Positions 10,210 to 20,259 of a stretch of DNA of 58,994 nucleotides are shown piece after piece (within the stretch, counting starts at the first letter, position 1; each line of letters begins with the position of its first letter). The stretch comes from an uncultured Campylobacter sp. GTDB lineage: Bacteria; Campylobacterota; Campylobacteria; Campylobacterales; Campylobacteraceae. Position numbers and translations under genes: made by a program. The DNA is taken from assembly GCF_937965895.1 (NCBI RefSeq), contig NZ_CALCKS010000178.1, one strand, 5' to 3'. Below the pieces are notes generated by a model. It saw nothing but the letters and a program-made list of their open reading frames with translations, did not search any database and was not told where the DNA came from.

Positions 10210-10944
10210 TTAACCATTTTCTATATTCTTTCCAAATTTTTCAACTCTAATAATAAAATTTAAGAATGGAAAAATTTGTTCATATCTATCAAAATGCCTG
10301 CTCGTATCAAGCTTGTAACTTATGACAAAATTCGGCATTTGACTTTTTGCAAATTTTAGTTCATCAAACAATCTTTGCGCATTTTCGATCGCACTAGGAA
10401 ATTTATCATTTTGACATTTCTTACTTTTATCATAAGTCAAATATGACGGAACGATCATAAAAGCTATCTTATAAAACACTGTATTTTTTCTCTCGTAAAC
10501 CGATAAATTTTGAAACGTCAAATGCGATATTTGTTTGATTGCATTAAACCATCTATTGCAATAACATTGTTCAAAGCTATTAGTAGAAAAATTATGCCAG
10601 CCGTGTTTCACTTCAAAAAGATACATTGCATTATTATCGCCGTACATCGTCGCAAGATCTATAAATCTTTGTGTCTCATCATTGCCCGTTTCTTGTCTAG
10701 CTCTTTTATTTACTCTCTTAAATGGCTGTTCCAACCAAACAACCCCAGTGAGCTTATGAATAGCTGGCACAAGAGCTGAAAAAGACTGTTTTTCATTGGT
10801 TAAAAACGGATAGTCGTTCCATACTTCATTTATTTTAAAATTCTCTTTTATAAAATTTTTAACCACTTCTTCCAAAAAATCTCTTGCCTCTGACTCATTG
10901 TTTTCATAAACATATAAATTTCTTTCATAAAATTTTTCCATCAC
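10210..10944 (-). CDS. Putative PD-(D/E)XK-fold nuclease
   Basis: E..(RF)ID...FEVK pattern; RBS AAGGAG. Confidence 0.55.
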   Translation of the reverse strand: MMEKFYERNLYVYENNESEARDFLEEVVKNFIKENFKINEVWNDYPFLTNEKQSFSALVPAIHKLTGVVWLEQPFKRVNKRARQETGNDETQRFIDLATMYGDNNAMYLFEVKHGWHNFSTNSFEQCYCNRWFNAIKQISHLTFQNLSVYERKNTVFYKIAFMIVPSYLTYDKSKKCQNDKFPSAIENAQRLFDELKFAKSQMPNFVISYKLDTSRHFDRYEQIFPFLNFIIRVEKFGKNIENG

Positions 10945-10950
10945 ATCTCC

Positions 10951-12207
10951 TTAAATTTGATTTACCACGTCAATTATACCATTTTTTACTATCTCTATCG
11001 CCCATCCTTTATCCTTGAAAATATCCAAAACATCAGTAGCTGCATGTAAAATTTCTGTTCTGGTTTTGGCATTTTCTACGGCTTTTACTGCGCACTCTTT
11101 GGCTAAATTTGGATTGATATTTTTTAAGTAGCTAGCGATCCTCATATAGCTAGGATCGGGCATGCTTAGTAGCTTTTCACAAGCCATATCTAAAAGCTCC
11201 TTATCGCCAAGTTCTTTTAAGATATCAAGCACAAAAAACGTCTCTCTAGGATCTGGCAAGAGTTTCACGGCTTTATCTAAAAATTCTTTTGCATAAATTT
11301 TATCTTTAAAATCCATCATAACGCTACTTGCCACATAAGCATAATCGGCCGCGGTTTTGGCATAAATTTCTCCGTCTTTATAAAGCTCTAATATCCATCT
11401 TTGCTTGCCGAATTCTTCCGCCATATCATCTAAAACATCGTAGAATTTATAAAAGTCGCTTGTCTCACTTAGCTCGCTTAGATATTCGTCTTTGTTTTTA
11501 TGTTCTTTTGAAGCTACAGCCTCTTTTTGCTCTTTTCGTTTCGGTTTTATGCCGAGTGCTTTTAGCTCACCTCTGTCCTTTATAAAAACGTGAGCATAAC
11601 TTAGATAGAAGTCATGTTTGTCTTTCTCTATGCACTTTTTATAAAATTTATAGGCAAACTCATCAAAGCCTCCTATTTGCTTTAGCTCCAGCGCCATATC
11701 GAGATAAAAATCCGCCTTAAAATCGGTTGCCGTTAGCGCAGTTTGCAAAAAATTTTCGGCCTTAAGTCCGTTTAGTGTTTTTATCTCTATAAAATTTAGC
11801 ATATTTATATAGCAAAGTCCATTTTTTATGCTATTTTGAGCTATTTCTGAAAGACTTTTACACCATTTTTTAGCTCTTAAAGTTTTATACATAGCCATCG
11901 CCAAGTATGAATAGTCCATGCCGCTTTTACAAAGGTCTTGCGCGATTTTATAAATTTTTATCGCTAGGCCTCTATTTTTGCTTTTAAAAAACACTGCGCG
12001 AGCTAAATCATCATACTCAAAAAGATGATGATTTACCCTCAAACAAAGCTTTGTGTGGTTTTGTAAAAGGTAGTCAAGCTTGTCTTGGCTTAGGTTCTTA
12101 GCTAAATTTACCAGCAATGCACTGTCATCTATAATATAATCTGCATAATAAATCCTGCAACATCTGCAAAATTTATGAATCCGCTCGTAGCGTCCGGATA
12201 AATTCAT
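10951..12207 (-). CDS. Alpha-solenoid (TPR-like) repeat protein, paralogue of 56099..57850
   Basis: Shared block DYSYLA...WCK...CYINMLNFI...DF.A.FY; AAGGAG RBS before MNLSG. Confidence 0.7.
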   Translation of the reverse strand: MNLSGRYERIHKFCRCCRIYYADYIIDDSALLVNLAKNLSQDKLDYLLQNHTKLCLRVNHHLFEYDDLARAVFFKSKNRGLAIKIYKIAQDLCKSGMDYSYLAMAMYKTLRAKKWCKSLSEIAQNSIKNGLCYINMLNFIEIKTLNGLKAENFLQTALTATDFKADFYLDMALELKQIGGFDEFAYKFYKKCIEKDKHDFYLSYAHVFIKDRGELKALGIKPKRKEQKEAVASKEHKNKDEYLSELSETSDFYKFYDVLDDMAEEFGKQRWILELYKDGEIYAKTAADYAYVASSVMMDFKDKIYAKEFLDKAVKLLPDPRETFFVLDILKELGDKELLDMACEKLLSMPDPSYMRIASYLKNINPNLAKECAVKAVENAKTRTEILHAATDVLDIFKDKGWAIEIVKNGIIDVVNQI

Positions 12208-12221
12208 ATTTTCTCCTTTGT

Positions 12222-12809
12222 CTAAAATTTTAACGTAGCTATACACTCAAAAATCTCTTTTTGTACAAAATTTCCATCCGTATCAAGCGTATAGTTTTTG
12301 CCTAAAAAACATAGTTTAAAGCCCGTTATCTCGCCAAAAACGGGTAGCGATTTCGTCTTTTGATAGTAGTCTTTAACGATTTTAGAGATTATATTTAGCT
12401 GCTCGTCTAGAGCCTTAAAACATAGTTCATCTAAAAACGGCGTTAGGCTGATATACCTTAGGTGCTGCACCATGGCAAGGGCGAAAATTGGCTCGTTAAA
12501 TCTCTTAAAATTTGTATCTATGTAGATATAAGAGCCTCTAAATTTCGCTCGCTCGTCGTAACGGATTTTTGCGGCATTAAGCTCGTCTTCGATATTAAGC
12601 CCAAAGTGCTCGCTAAGAGCAAGGACAAGCGTTTTTGAGCTATGCGACCAGTCAAAATGCCCCTTTGACATAAACTCATCTAAGCTATTTGCTCTTTGCA
12701 AATTCGCAAGAGCACTACTGAAGTTCTTTTCTCTTGCGTAACCTAGTGCCTTTGAAAGTGCCCTTTTATCGCTATTTAGCGTTAGTTCTTTTATTTGTTC
12801 GTAGATCAT
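12222..12809 (-). CDS. Hypothetical protein
   Basis: 195 aa ORF with AAGGA RBS; decayed paralogue at ~19980-20116. Confidence 0.7.
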   Translation of the reverse strand: MIYEQIKELTLNSDKRALSKALGYAREKNFSSALANLQRANSLDEFMSKGHFDWSHSSKTLVLALSEHFGLNIEDELNAAKIRYDERAKFRGSYIYIDTNFKRFNEPIFALAMVQHLRYISLTPFLDELCFKALDEQLNIISKIVKDYYQKTKSLPVFGEITGFKLCFLGKNYTLDTDGNFVQKEIFECIATLKF

Positions 12810-12856
12810 TGATTATCCTTTTTTGATTTTCGTGCCGATACATTTTTTGCACGCTT

Positions 12857-13255
12857 TTAAATGCCCGTAGCTAAAAGCCACACCTTGATTTTTTCGCCTA
12901 AAAGCTTATGAGTCTTTATGTTAAAGACTATTTTTGATTTTTTACTACAAATTTGTTCCACCTCCTTTACTATTTTTAATACTACTTCTAGCGGCATTTC
13001 AGGATTTGCCGTAAAATTTAAGGCCACAAATTTTGCTCTTTTTATAGGTAACTCCGCAATCTTTTGTAAAATTTCCTCTTCCGTAAAAGTACCGCTAAAG
13101 CCCATTATCTCACCTTTTGCGTTTAAAACGTTTTTTAAGTCTTTTAAGTCCATAACCGCCTTTCTTGATACCCTATACAAACAAGCTTCAAAAAATTTTA
13201 GGAAAAATGGCAAAAAACCGTCAAATTTCTTAGATAGTGTTACGGTTTTACTCAT
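12857..13255 (-). CDS. Stand-alone FtsZ C-terminal-domain-like protein
   Basis: MDLKDLKNVL (T7/H8-like), IKRAKFVALNFTANPEMPL, KIVF, KIKVWLLATGI; compare FtsZ GARGVLVNIT...ELRVTVVATGI. Confidence 0.7.
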   Translation of the reverse strand: MSKTVTLSKKFDGFLPFFLKFFEACLYRVSRKAVMDLKDLKNVLNAKGEIMGFSGTFTEEEILQKIAELPIKRAKFVALNFTANPEMPLEVVLKIVKEVEQICSKKSKIVFNIKTHKLLGEKIKVWLLATGI

Positions 13256-13300
13256 TTAGCATTAATTTGCCGGGTAGTTCCGGCAAAAACTCATTCAAAA

Positions 13301-15294
13301 CTATCCTTTAAACCCCGCTATGCGGCCGTTATTTTCGATATTCTTATGTTTTATTTCCTCGTTTAGCCTATCTATAAATTCGCCCGTGCTTAAAATAGGG
13401 CTAAATTTAGCCGATCTTGCTACCGCGGCAAAGTCCCCGGGCGTTAGAAATTTGATTTTTGCTACGCTATTTTTTGCCGTTTTATCTACGCTTATACCTA
13501 GCGACTCGCACTCTTTTTGTAGTAGCTTTGCCGCCTGTGCGCCCTCCATGTATCCAAACTCGATCTTCATATCAAAGCGCCTGATACTAGCCCTATCCAG
13601 CCTATCCATCAAATTCGTCGTGGCGATAAACACCCCATCAAAGCCCTCCATCTGCACTAGCATCTCATTTACTTGGGTTATCTCCCAGCTTCGCGCAGCC
13701 ATACTTCTATCTTGCAAAAAGCTATCTATCTCGTCAAATACCAGCACGGCGTTTTGATCTTTGGCTTCTTTAAAAGCGTTTGCGATGTTTTTCTCCGTGT
13801 TTCCCACGTAGCAGTCGATGAGATCGCTTGCTTTTTTGATGATTAGCTTGCTTTTTAGGCTTTTGGGATAAATTTGGCATACTCGCTCTTGCCAGTACCG
13901 GCCGGACCGTAGAGGCAAAGCCTAGCGTTTTTGCTCTCTTTTATACCTTTTGCCAGCTCTTTTAAATTTGCGCTTGCATTTATCAAACTCACGTCGTAGT
14001 TTTGCGGCAAATTTATCTCCTTGTTTTTATCTTTCTTGCCTTTTTTAGCAGTAACAAAACCTTGCGCTTTTAGGCTACTTTTTATCAAATTCTTAAACGC
14101 TTCATCCTTGCTTTCATGACTTAAATTTGAAACGACTTTTGTCGCGCCAGATATTAGCGCAGGCGTGATAGCTCTGTTTTTAGCTAGCTTTTTGAGCAAC
14201 TCCTCGCTTACTTGGCCGTTTGCGTAGCGCTTTAGTATTTCTAGTCGCTTAAATTTGGGCGGGATTTTAAACTCTATAACTATATCAAAGCGCCTGATAT
14301 AGGCGTTATCTATCTCGTCTATGTCGTTGGTTATCCAAAATGTCGGTACGCTATTGTTCTCTAAAGTCGAGTTAAATAACGCTTTAGACATCCTTTCTGT
14401 GCCTTTAAAAACATCCTCTATCTCGTCAAACATTATGATGTCGCGCTCTTTATTTAAAACCTTGTCCGCAGTTTTTAGCGATAAAAATCGCTTTTCACCG
14501 CTATAATTATCGTCTGTATATCGGCTTTTTGAGGCTATTTCATAAAGATTTCTGTCTAGCTCGGTGGCTATCATTTTGACAAACTCGGTCTTACCCGTGC
14601 CGGGAAGTCCGTAAAGCAAAATATTTACGCCCTTATCCGCCTTTAAAATATGGCTTTTTATAGCGGCTTCGTCTACTTTTATATGCCTAAAATCGTCAAA
14701 TTTGAGCGGTGACTTGCCAGCTTTAAAAAACGTCGATCTAAAAACCTCTAAAATGTCGCCCTGAGCGTTTAACATATCTGTGCTAAAGTAGATGTAAAAA
14801 AACTTAAATACGCAATCAAGCCTGATATCTTGCCTATCGTGCATTTCTAAAATATTGCTTTGTCTTAGCTTTGATTCAGGATGTAACGCTTCTTTTACAT
14901 GTGTGGCAGGCACGCCAATAATATAGCCCAAAACCTCGTAAAAAGCTATGATATGCATATTACCTAGAGGCCTAAAAACCTCTCCTAGGACGGCAAATTC
15001 ATTTACTATCACGGCAAATTCGATGATTTTTCTGTCTACTTCGTCTAAATTTAGCACCGCACATAAAGCATCCAAATTCCTATCTAAAGTCTCAATGCTG
15101 GTTATTTTTGATTTTTCAAGCTCGGCAAGGCGTTTTTTTAGCCTAACTTTTGCCTTGGCTATGGATTCGCCTTTTTGCAAGATGTCGTCGTATCTTTGAA
15201 AAAAACTATCGGGCAAGCCAAATTTTTCGATCGCTCTTAGCGCCCAAAGTTTGATTTTATTTTCGATCTGGGGCGGTAGTAAAATCTCATCCAT
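13301..15294 (-). pseudogene. Double-AAA+ ATPase, split by a 1-bp frameshift near 13865
   Basis: Two Walker A motifs (GLPGTGKT, GPAGTGKS); ATC CCA AAA GCC TAA versus ATC GCC AAA AGC CTA in the intact paralogue 50212..52230; could also be a sequencing error. Confidence 0.85.
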
Positions 15295-15331
15295 GGCAAC
15301 TCCTTTTTTGGATGATTTTACTTGCATTTTA

Positions 15332-15347
15332 GGACATTTTGCGGTCC
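15332..15347 (-). promoter_or_regulatory. GAC-N8-GTC box, AAA operon promoter
   Basis: GGAC-ATTTTGCG-GTCC; TAAAAT (minus, 15320-15315) 11 bp downstream. Confidence 0.75.
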
Positions 15348-15378
15348 AAATTTAACAAATTTGATTGCCGATCGTCGG

Positions 15379-15936
15379 TCAAATTTCTATAATATTAAGC
15401 CCTAGACTTGAGTTATATATCTTGCAGTTGCCGATTTTATCGACTCTTGATAGCGGATAATGTACATGCCCGCAAAGGATAATTTTTGCCTTCATGAGAC
15501 CGTATTTAAGCGCCCTATAAAGCTCTTTATCTCCAAAATCTCTGCCGCACTCAACGGCCGTTTGCGTGTGAGCGGGCGGGACATGCGCGAGCAGCACGTC
15601 GCACTCTGCAAAGTCCAAAATATCCGTACACATATAAGGAACGCAGCCGAATTTTATGCCTTCAATCATCTTTATATCGCCGTCTGCGTAAATGTTTGGC
15701 ATCCTCATCCAAGCGGCATCGCTAGAGCCGTCTACGTCGTGGTTGCCGCTACATACAAAGATCCGTCCTTTAAAATTTTCAAGCCACTGCCTAACCCACG
15801 CCTTTTGTCCTGCGACGTCTTTTTGACTCGCGTCTATCAGATCGCCGCTTATGCAACAAACGTCAAATTCTAAATCTAAAATTTGATCAAATTTGGCCTT
15901 ATCAAAGTGCAAATCGCTTGCATGCAAAATTTTCAT
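15379..15936 (-). CDS. Calcineurin-like metallophosphoesterase
   Basis: SDLH, GDLID, GNHD, HVPP, GHVH motifs; start moved to MKILH behind AAGGA RBS. Confidence 0.9.
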   Translation of the reverse strand: MKILHASDLHFDKAKFDQILDLEFDVCCISGDLIDASQKDVAGQKAWVRQWLENFKGRIFVCSGNHDVDGSSDAAWMRMPNIYADGDIKMIEGIKFGCVPYMCTDILDFAECDVLLAHVPPAHTQTAVECGRDFGDKELYRALKYGLMKAKIILCGHVHYPLSRVDKIGNCKIYNSSLGLNIIEI

Positions 15937-15961
15937 CTCGTTTCCTTTTTGGCGCATATTT

Positions 15962-15977
15962 GGACACGGTTTTGTCC
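15962..15977 (+). promoter_or_regulatory. GAC-N8-GTC box
   Basis: GGAC-ACGGTTTT-GTCC; TATAAT at 15989, 11 bp downstream. Confidence 0.75.
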
Positions 15978-16024
15978 GTTTTAAAATATATAATTTTATC
16001 AAATTTAACCAAAAGGAGAAAAGG

Positions 16025-16282
16025 ATGATTAAATTTGACGTTCGTTGCAGACTAAGCGAACTCCACGCTAAATTTAAAAGCGGCCTTGAAGTACCGACGG
16101 CATCCGTAAAGTCGCTAAAACTAGAGTTAAGCTCTGGCGACGATATCTCGCTTTTAGCTATCGTCAAAGCGGTAAATTTGATAAAAGGCGAGCTAAAAAC
16201 GGACGCTAAATTTCACTTCATAAATCAGATTTCGCCGCTAAAAAACGGCGAAATATCAGCAAATTTTACGCTCCTGGTTTAA
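16025..16282 (+). CDS. 85-aa protein, probable divergent FtsZ C-terminal-domain-like fold
   Basis: AAGGAG RBS; SVKSLKLELSSGDDISLLAIVKAVNLIKGELKTDAKFHF...ISPLKNGEISANF follows the FtsZ_C pattern. Confidence 0.55.
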   Translation: MIKFDVRCRLSELHAKFKSGLEVPTASVKSLKLELSSGDDISLLAIVKAVNLIKGELKTDAKFHFINQISPLKNGEISANFTLLV

Positions 16283-17124
16283 CCCAGGAGCATCCTTAAT
16301 CCCTCAAGTCCTCCAGCCTTTATCGCCATGCCTCGATATGCGCTTACGTGAGTATCTACCGGGTTTATGCGGATTAGATGAGCCATTTTAAATCTTTTCG
16401 CCATCCTTTCTCCAAAAATCCTGATAGTTGGTACGGCAAGCCCAGCTCCGATCTCGATTATAACTATGCGCGAGTTCATATTGTGGCTAAGCCACGCATC
16501 GTACTTTTTGCGTTGCGCCCAAGCTCTTTTATGGTTAAACTCGTGATCGTAAAACATAAGGATATTTGGACGGCTCACGCATCCGCACTCTGGGCAAACT
16601 GGCATCTTTGTAGCGACAAATTTCTCCTCGTCCACTTCCACGCTATTTTCGTCCATATTCCAGATGTTTCCGTCATCGTTGTGGATACACTGAGCGTAGT
16701 GAATGGAGCCGTGGACTTCATAAATTTTATCTTTGTCAAATCCCGCCTTTGTAAAGTGTCCGTCGACGTTTGAAGTGTAGATAAAGTAGTTTCCATTTTT
16801 GGCTTCGCAAAGATTTTTTAGTAGCGCAAAGCCCTCGTGGGGTTGGGTTTTGTTATAAAGCTTTAGCCTGTGTCCGTAAAACGCCCAGGCTAGCTCAGGA
16901 CTGCTAAAAAACCACTGCGGATTTGCCATTTCTGTAAAGCTTAAATTTTTATCTTTTAAAGGCGGATAGGCTTTCCAAAAGCCAAGATCGCCTCTAAAAT
17001 CGGGCAGTCCGCTATCTACGCCCATGCCTGCTCCTGCGGTTATGATGACGGCTTCGGCGTTTGCGACGATTTCTTTTGCGCGGAGTATTGTGTCGTGTGC
17101 CAGCTCAAATTTGTCACTATCCAT
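16279..17124 (-). CDS. Sir2/sirtuin family NAD-dependent enzyme (copy 1)
   Basis: GAGMGVDSGLPDFRG, SNVDG, EVHGS, CPECG, RPN. Confidence 0.92.
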   Translation of the reverse strand: MDSDKFELAHDTILRAKEIVANAEAVIITAGAGMGVDSGLPDFRGDLGFWKAYPPLKDKNLSFTEMANPQWFFSSPELAWAFYGHRLKLYNKTQPHEGFALLKNLCEAKNGNYFIYTSNVDGHFTKAGFDKDKIYEVHGSIHYAQCIHNDDGNIWNMDENSVEVDEEKFVATKMPVCPECGCVSRPNILMFYDHEFNHKRAWAQRKKYDAWLSHNMNSRIVIIEIGAGLAVPTIRIFGERMAKRFKMAHLIRINPVDTHVSAYRGMAIKAGGLEGLRMLLG

Positions 17125-17173
17125 GTTGCCTCCTATGGCTTAAAATACCTATAGGTATTATAGCCGGTAAAGC

Positions 17174-17188
17174 AGACACTTTTTGTCT
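17174..17188 (-). promoter_or_regulatory. GAC-N7-GTC box upstream of sir2 copy 1
   Basis: AGAC-ACTTTTT-GTCT; TATAAT (minus, 17162-17157) 11 bp downstream. Confidence 0.7.
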
Positions 17189-18674
17189 ATTTTGCCACCT
17201 CACGCAGTTTTTCTAAAACCTTAACCATAGCTAGCGTATCGAGTTTGCAGTATTCCAAAAGCGCCTTTCTAATCATGTCTTGCTCGCCCCTGGTTTTGCC
17301 TTTTAGTTTTGCGTATTCACTCATGGCTTCACCGCCGTTATGGATTAAATTTAAATTTGTATACGCATCCTTAAAACCAGGTACTATGGCCGGTAGAACT
17401 TTCTTGATGGATGAGCTTCCGTACATTTTTGGGTGATAATAAAATTTCTTTGCAAACGGTATTTCAAGGTCTTTGATGTTGCTATGTATATTCATAAGAT
17501 GAGATGATAATTGCGGAAACAGTGTAGCTTAATTCTGTATCACCCCCTTTTCAAAACTAGCATGATAGGCTAGCACGCAGGCATCTTGTGGGATAAATTT
17601 GATCAAATTTAATGCCAGCTCGTATCTAGGATCGGCTCCGACCTCGGCTAAAAACTCAAAATACTCCAAATTTCCCTTGCCGTCATCTTTGTGGATAGAA
17701 AACTGAAAAGGTATCTGCTCATATGGCCTAAGACCTACAAACTCAGGCACGGCCTGCTGAAATGTCTCAAAGTCAAGATGATATAGCGGATAGCTAAGCG
17801 TGTCCAAAAACTCCTTAATTGCTACTTTATCAATAAATTCCTCCCCATTAATTTGAGCTTTTATTTGTATCTGCTGATTTGTGTTAAAGGCGTCTATGTC
17901 TTTGATGTCTGCAATATTTACTATCCCGTCTTGATAAAACTCGGTCGCTTTTTTCTTACTGATCTTTGTGATATTAAAAACAGAAGTCCCATCTGGTATA
18001 TTTCTTTGCTCGCGCCAGCAGTGATTCATCCCATCGTACTCATAGGGCTTAAAACAATGCGCCCCTATGTCTAAATTTGGCTCAACATCATCGCCTATAG
18101 TCCTTTTTAACTTTTTGATGTTTTCAGCCACTTTGCTTTGCATAGACACAATTCGATTCGTTACATCTTTTATAACAAATAGCTTATCAAGCTCTAGCTT
18201 CTCGCCGCGAATGTGTTGATTATTTAGATGTATCACATTAATGTACTCCACATCATATCCCAGTGAGCTAATGACATAGTACTGGATGCTCACGTCATCT
18301 ATATAGACATCGGACAAGCTCGTGCTACTTTTTCCCTCGTTTATGATGAGTTTCCCACCAACGACTTGCAAGATATCCACCATAACTAAAATTTCATCAA
18401 AACAAAATGTCGCTTCATATATTGCTTTTTCGCCTTTTTTTATAAAATTTTTAGTTTGAGCTATCTTTTCACTAAAGCTACTGCCATCAAATTCTATCCT
18501 TTGACTGCCGCCAAATAGCTCACAGGCGAGCTCTCCTATCATGTTTCCGGTCTCGAATATGGCAGGATCTGTATTTTATTCCAAAACATCAGGCTTATAC
18601 TTTTTAAGCCAAAGCGACTTTGAACACTGAAGGTCTCGTACGTAGAGGGATTTTGATAAAAATTTATTGCTCAT
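17187..18674 (-). pseudogene. DUF2779-type nuclease, frameshifted twice
   Basis: Collinear with intact 45720..47198; start MSNKFLSKSLY at 18674; breaks near 18575 and 17530. Confidence 0.85.
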
Positions 18675-18761
18675 TTTTCTGCCTTTATCAAGGATTTATT
18701 ATACTTTTTTAAACTATATTTAAATAAAATAGTTTTCATTTTTTAGTTTTAACATAAAAAA

Positions 18762-18780
18762 CTAGACATCAAAAGTCTAG
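18762..18780. promoter_or_regulatory. GAC-N7-GTC box (perfect palindrome arms)
   Basis: CTAGAC-ATCAAAA-GTCTAG; no clean -10 at the 11-bp spacing. Confidence 0.55.
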
Positions 18781-18799
18781 AAAAATAGGTAATAATTGC

Positions 18800-19200
18800 A
18801 TTATGCATTTTTTTTTGCAACAACTTAATTTAAAAAAAGGGGGGGGCGTTTAAAGATCATAAAGAGACGTTTGAAAAAAATTAATGAAATATTTTTCAGA
18901 GGTAGAAAATCTATTTGATAAAAAAATAAAAGAACAGCTAAAAGATGCTAGCGATGATGTGATAGGGTTTATGGCAAATATCATTTGGCCTTTGAGGCTA
19001 CCGCCTATAAAAAGCATATAGAAGGAGTTGTGTTGAGATTTTTTTAAAAAAAATCAATAAAGAAGTATTAATAAATAGTAGCTCTAATTCATTACTAGAA
19101 AATTTCGACGTATTTGCTAAAAGCAGGCAAAAATACTACGACCAACAAGCTAAACTCATCGCTTTTTACTCCACTAAACCTGTTGATTCTATCTCAAGTT
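18800..19200 (+). pseudogene. Decayed ORF remnant
   Basis: Interrupted coding-like stretch (EVENLFDKKIKEQLKDASDDVIGFMANIIW) with homopolymer runs including G8 at 18839-18846; limits approximate. Confidence 0.4.
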
Positions 19201-19415
19201 AAAAGTATAAAACCTTGATTGATCATAGCATCTAATTGTTTTGGGTTTTACTGGTGCAAAGAGAAGCAAAAATTCGTTAAATTAGCCACCAAGCAACCCA
19301 CGTAGGGATTTTTATCCCTGCTATATTAGTACGATAACAATTTTACCTATCTTGAAGACTCTTTATGTTGGACCAATGTGATCTGGCACCACATGTTTTA
19401 TCTTGCGATACAACG

Positions 19416-19763
19416 TTATCTATTTAAGAACTTAACTAATTCATCTTTAAAATGGTCATCATCGTACTCTTCGCCCAGAGCATCATATGTTAGCTCGAAA
19501 GATACATTACCAACATACGCATTTACTCTTGATGTATAAGAAGTCGGTTTTTTGGTAGAAACTTCAATATTTAGATATGCCGGCAAAAAAGAGCCTTGCT
19601 GATCAAAACTATTTCTAGTAATAACGCATTTTTCGTTTAAATATGCATTGCAAAATTCTAAAAACTTAGACCCCAATGCGTCTGCTAGCTCCCTTTGTGT
19701 GTTAGCTAAATCTATAAACTGCTCAATTATTGGAGCTGATTTAACAACTTTTTTCTTTGCCAT
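19416..19763 (-). CDS. Hypothetical protein
   Basis: AAGGAG RBS, 115 aa. Confidence 0.7.
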   Translation of the reverse strand: MAKKKVVKSAPIIEQFIDLANTQRELADALGSKFLEFCNAYLNEKCVITRNSFDQQGSFLPAYLNIEVSTKKPTSYTSRVNAYVGNVSFELTYDALGEEYDDDHFKDELVKFLNR

Positions 19764-19979
19764 TTTTTCTCCTTTGTTTTAAAATGTTTAAACTTTTTTA
19801 TTTCTTTGTCTAAATAACTTTTTGTAAAAATATACGTGTTTTTTGGCTAGATAAAAATGTCCATTTTTTAGATTTTTAAATTTAAGCCACAAAGCAACTC
19901 TGCTTTGTTTTTAATTCGGTTATGCTCCTCTGAAGCCTTGCCCATTCTGCTTTTAGCTGCCACTCTTTTGCTATCACGC

Positions 19980-20116
19980 TCTAAAAATAAGCCCCCCTGC
20001 TCCTTTGTAATAAACTCGTCTAGGCTATTCCAAATTTGCAAGTGCTCTTGTTAAACATGGCCAAGTGCCTTTTTATAGCTGTTTTGTGTTAATTTTTGAG
20101 CTGCTTGCAAAATCAC
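19980..20116 (-). pseudogene. Decayed paralogue of 12222..12809
   Basis: VILQAAQKLTQNSYKKALGHV*..ALANL..SLDEFITK versus MIYEQIKELTLNSDKRALSKALG..ALANL..NSLDEFMSK; shared 5' region 20119-20159 versus 12812-12851. Confidence 0.65.
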
Positions 20117-20185
20117 TAATTATCCTTTTTTTATTTTTATCGCCGATACATTTTTTGCAATATGTGAAATTATAATGAATAAATC

Positions 20186-20201
20186 GGACAAAAAATAGTC
20201 C
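20186..20201. promoter_or_regulatory. Bidirectional GAC-N8-GTC box
   Basis: GGAC-AAAAAATA-GTCC; TATAAT (minus, 20174) and TAGAAT (plus, 20213), each 11 bp away. Confidence 0.8.
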
Positions 20202-20259
20202 TTATGTGCTAGTAGAATTTGTCAAAATCACAATAAATTCTTAAAATTTAGGAAAAACA

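Noticed and set aside
15937..16167. N-terminal extensions in the ORF track (also 15295-15327, 21906-21989, 38778-38825)
   Set aside because: They run through promoter boxes; downstream ATGs have proper RBSs
19848..19863. Further weak boxes (19848; also 56063 and TGAT-N7-ATCA at 40209)
   Set aside because: Mismatched half-sites or off spacing; not counted in the regulon
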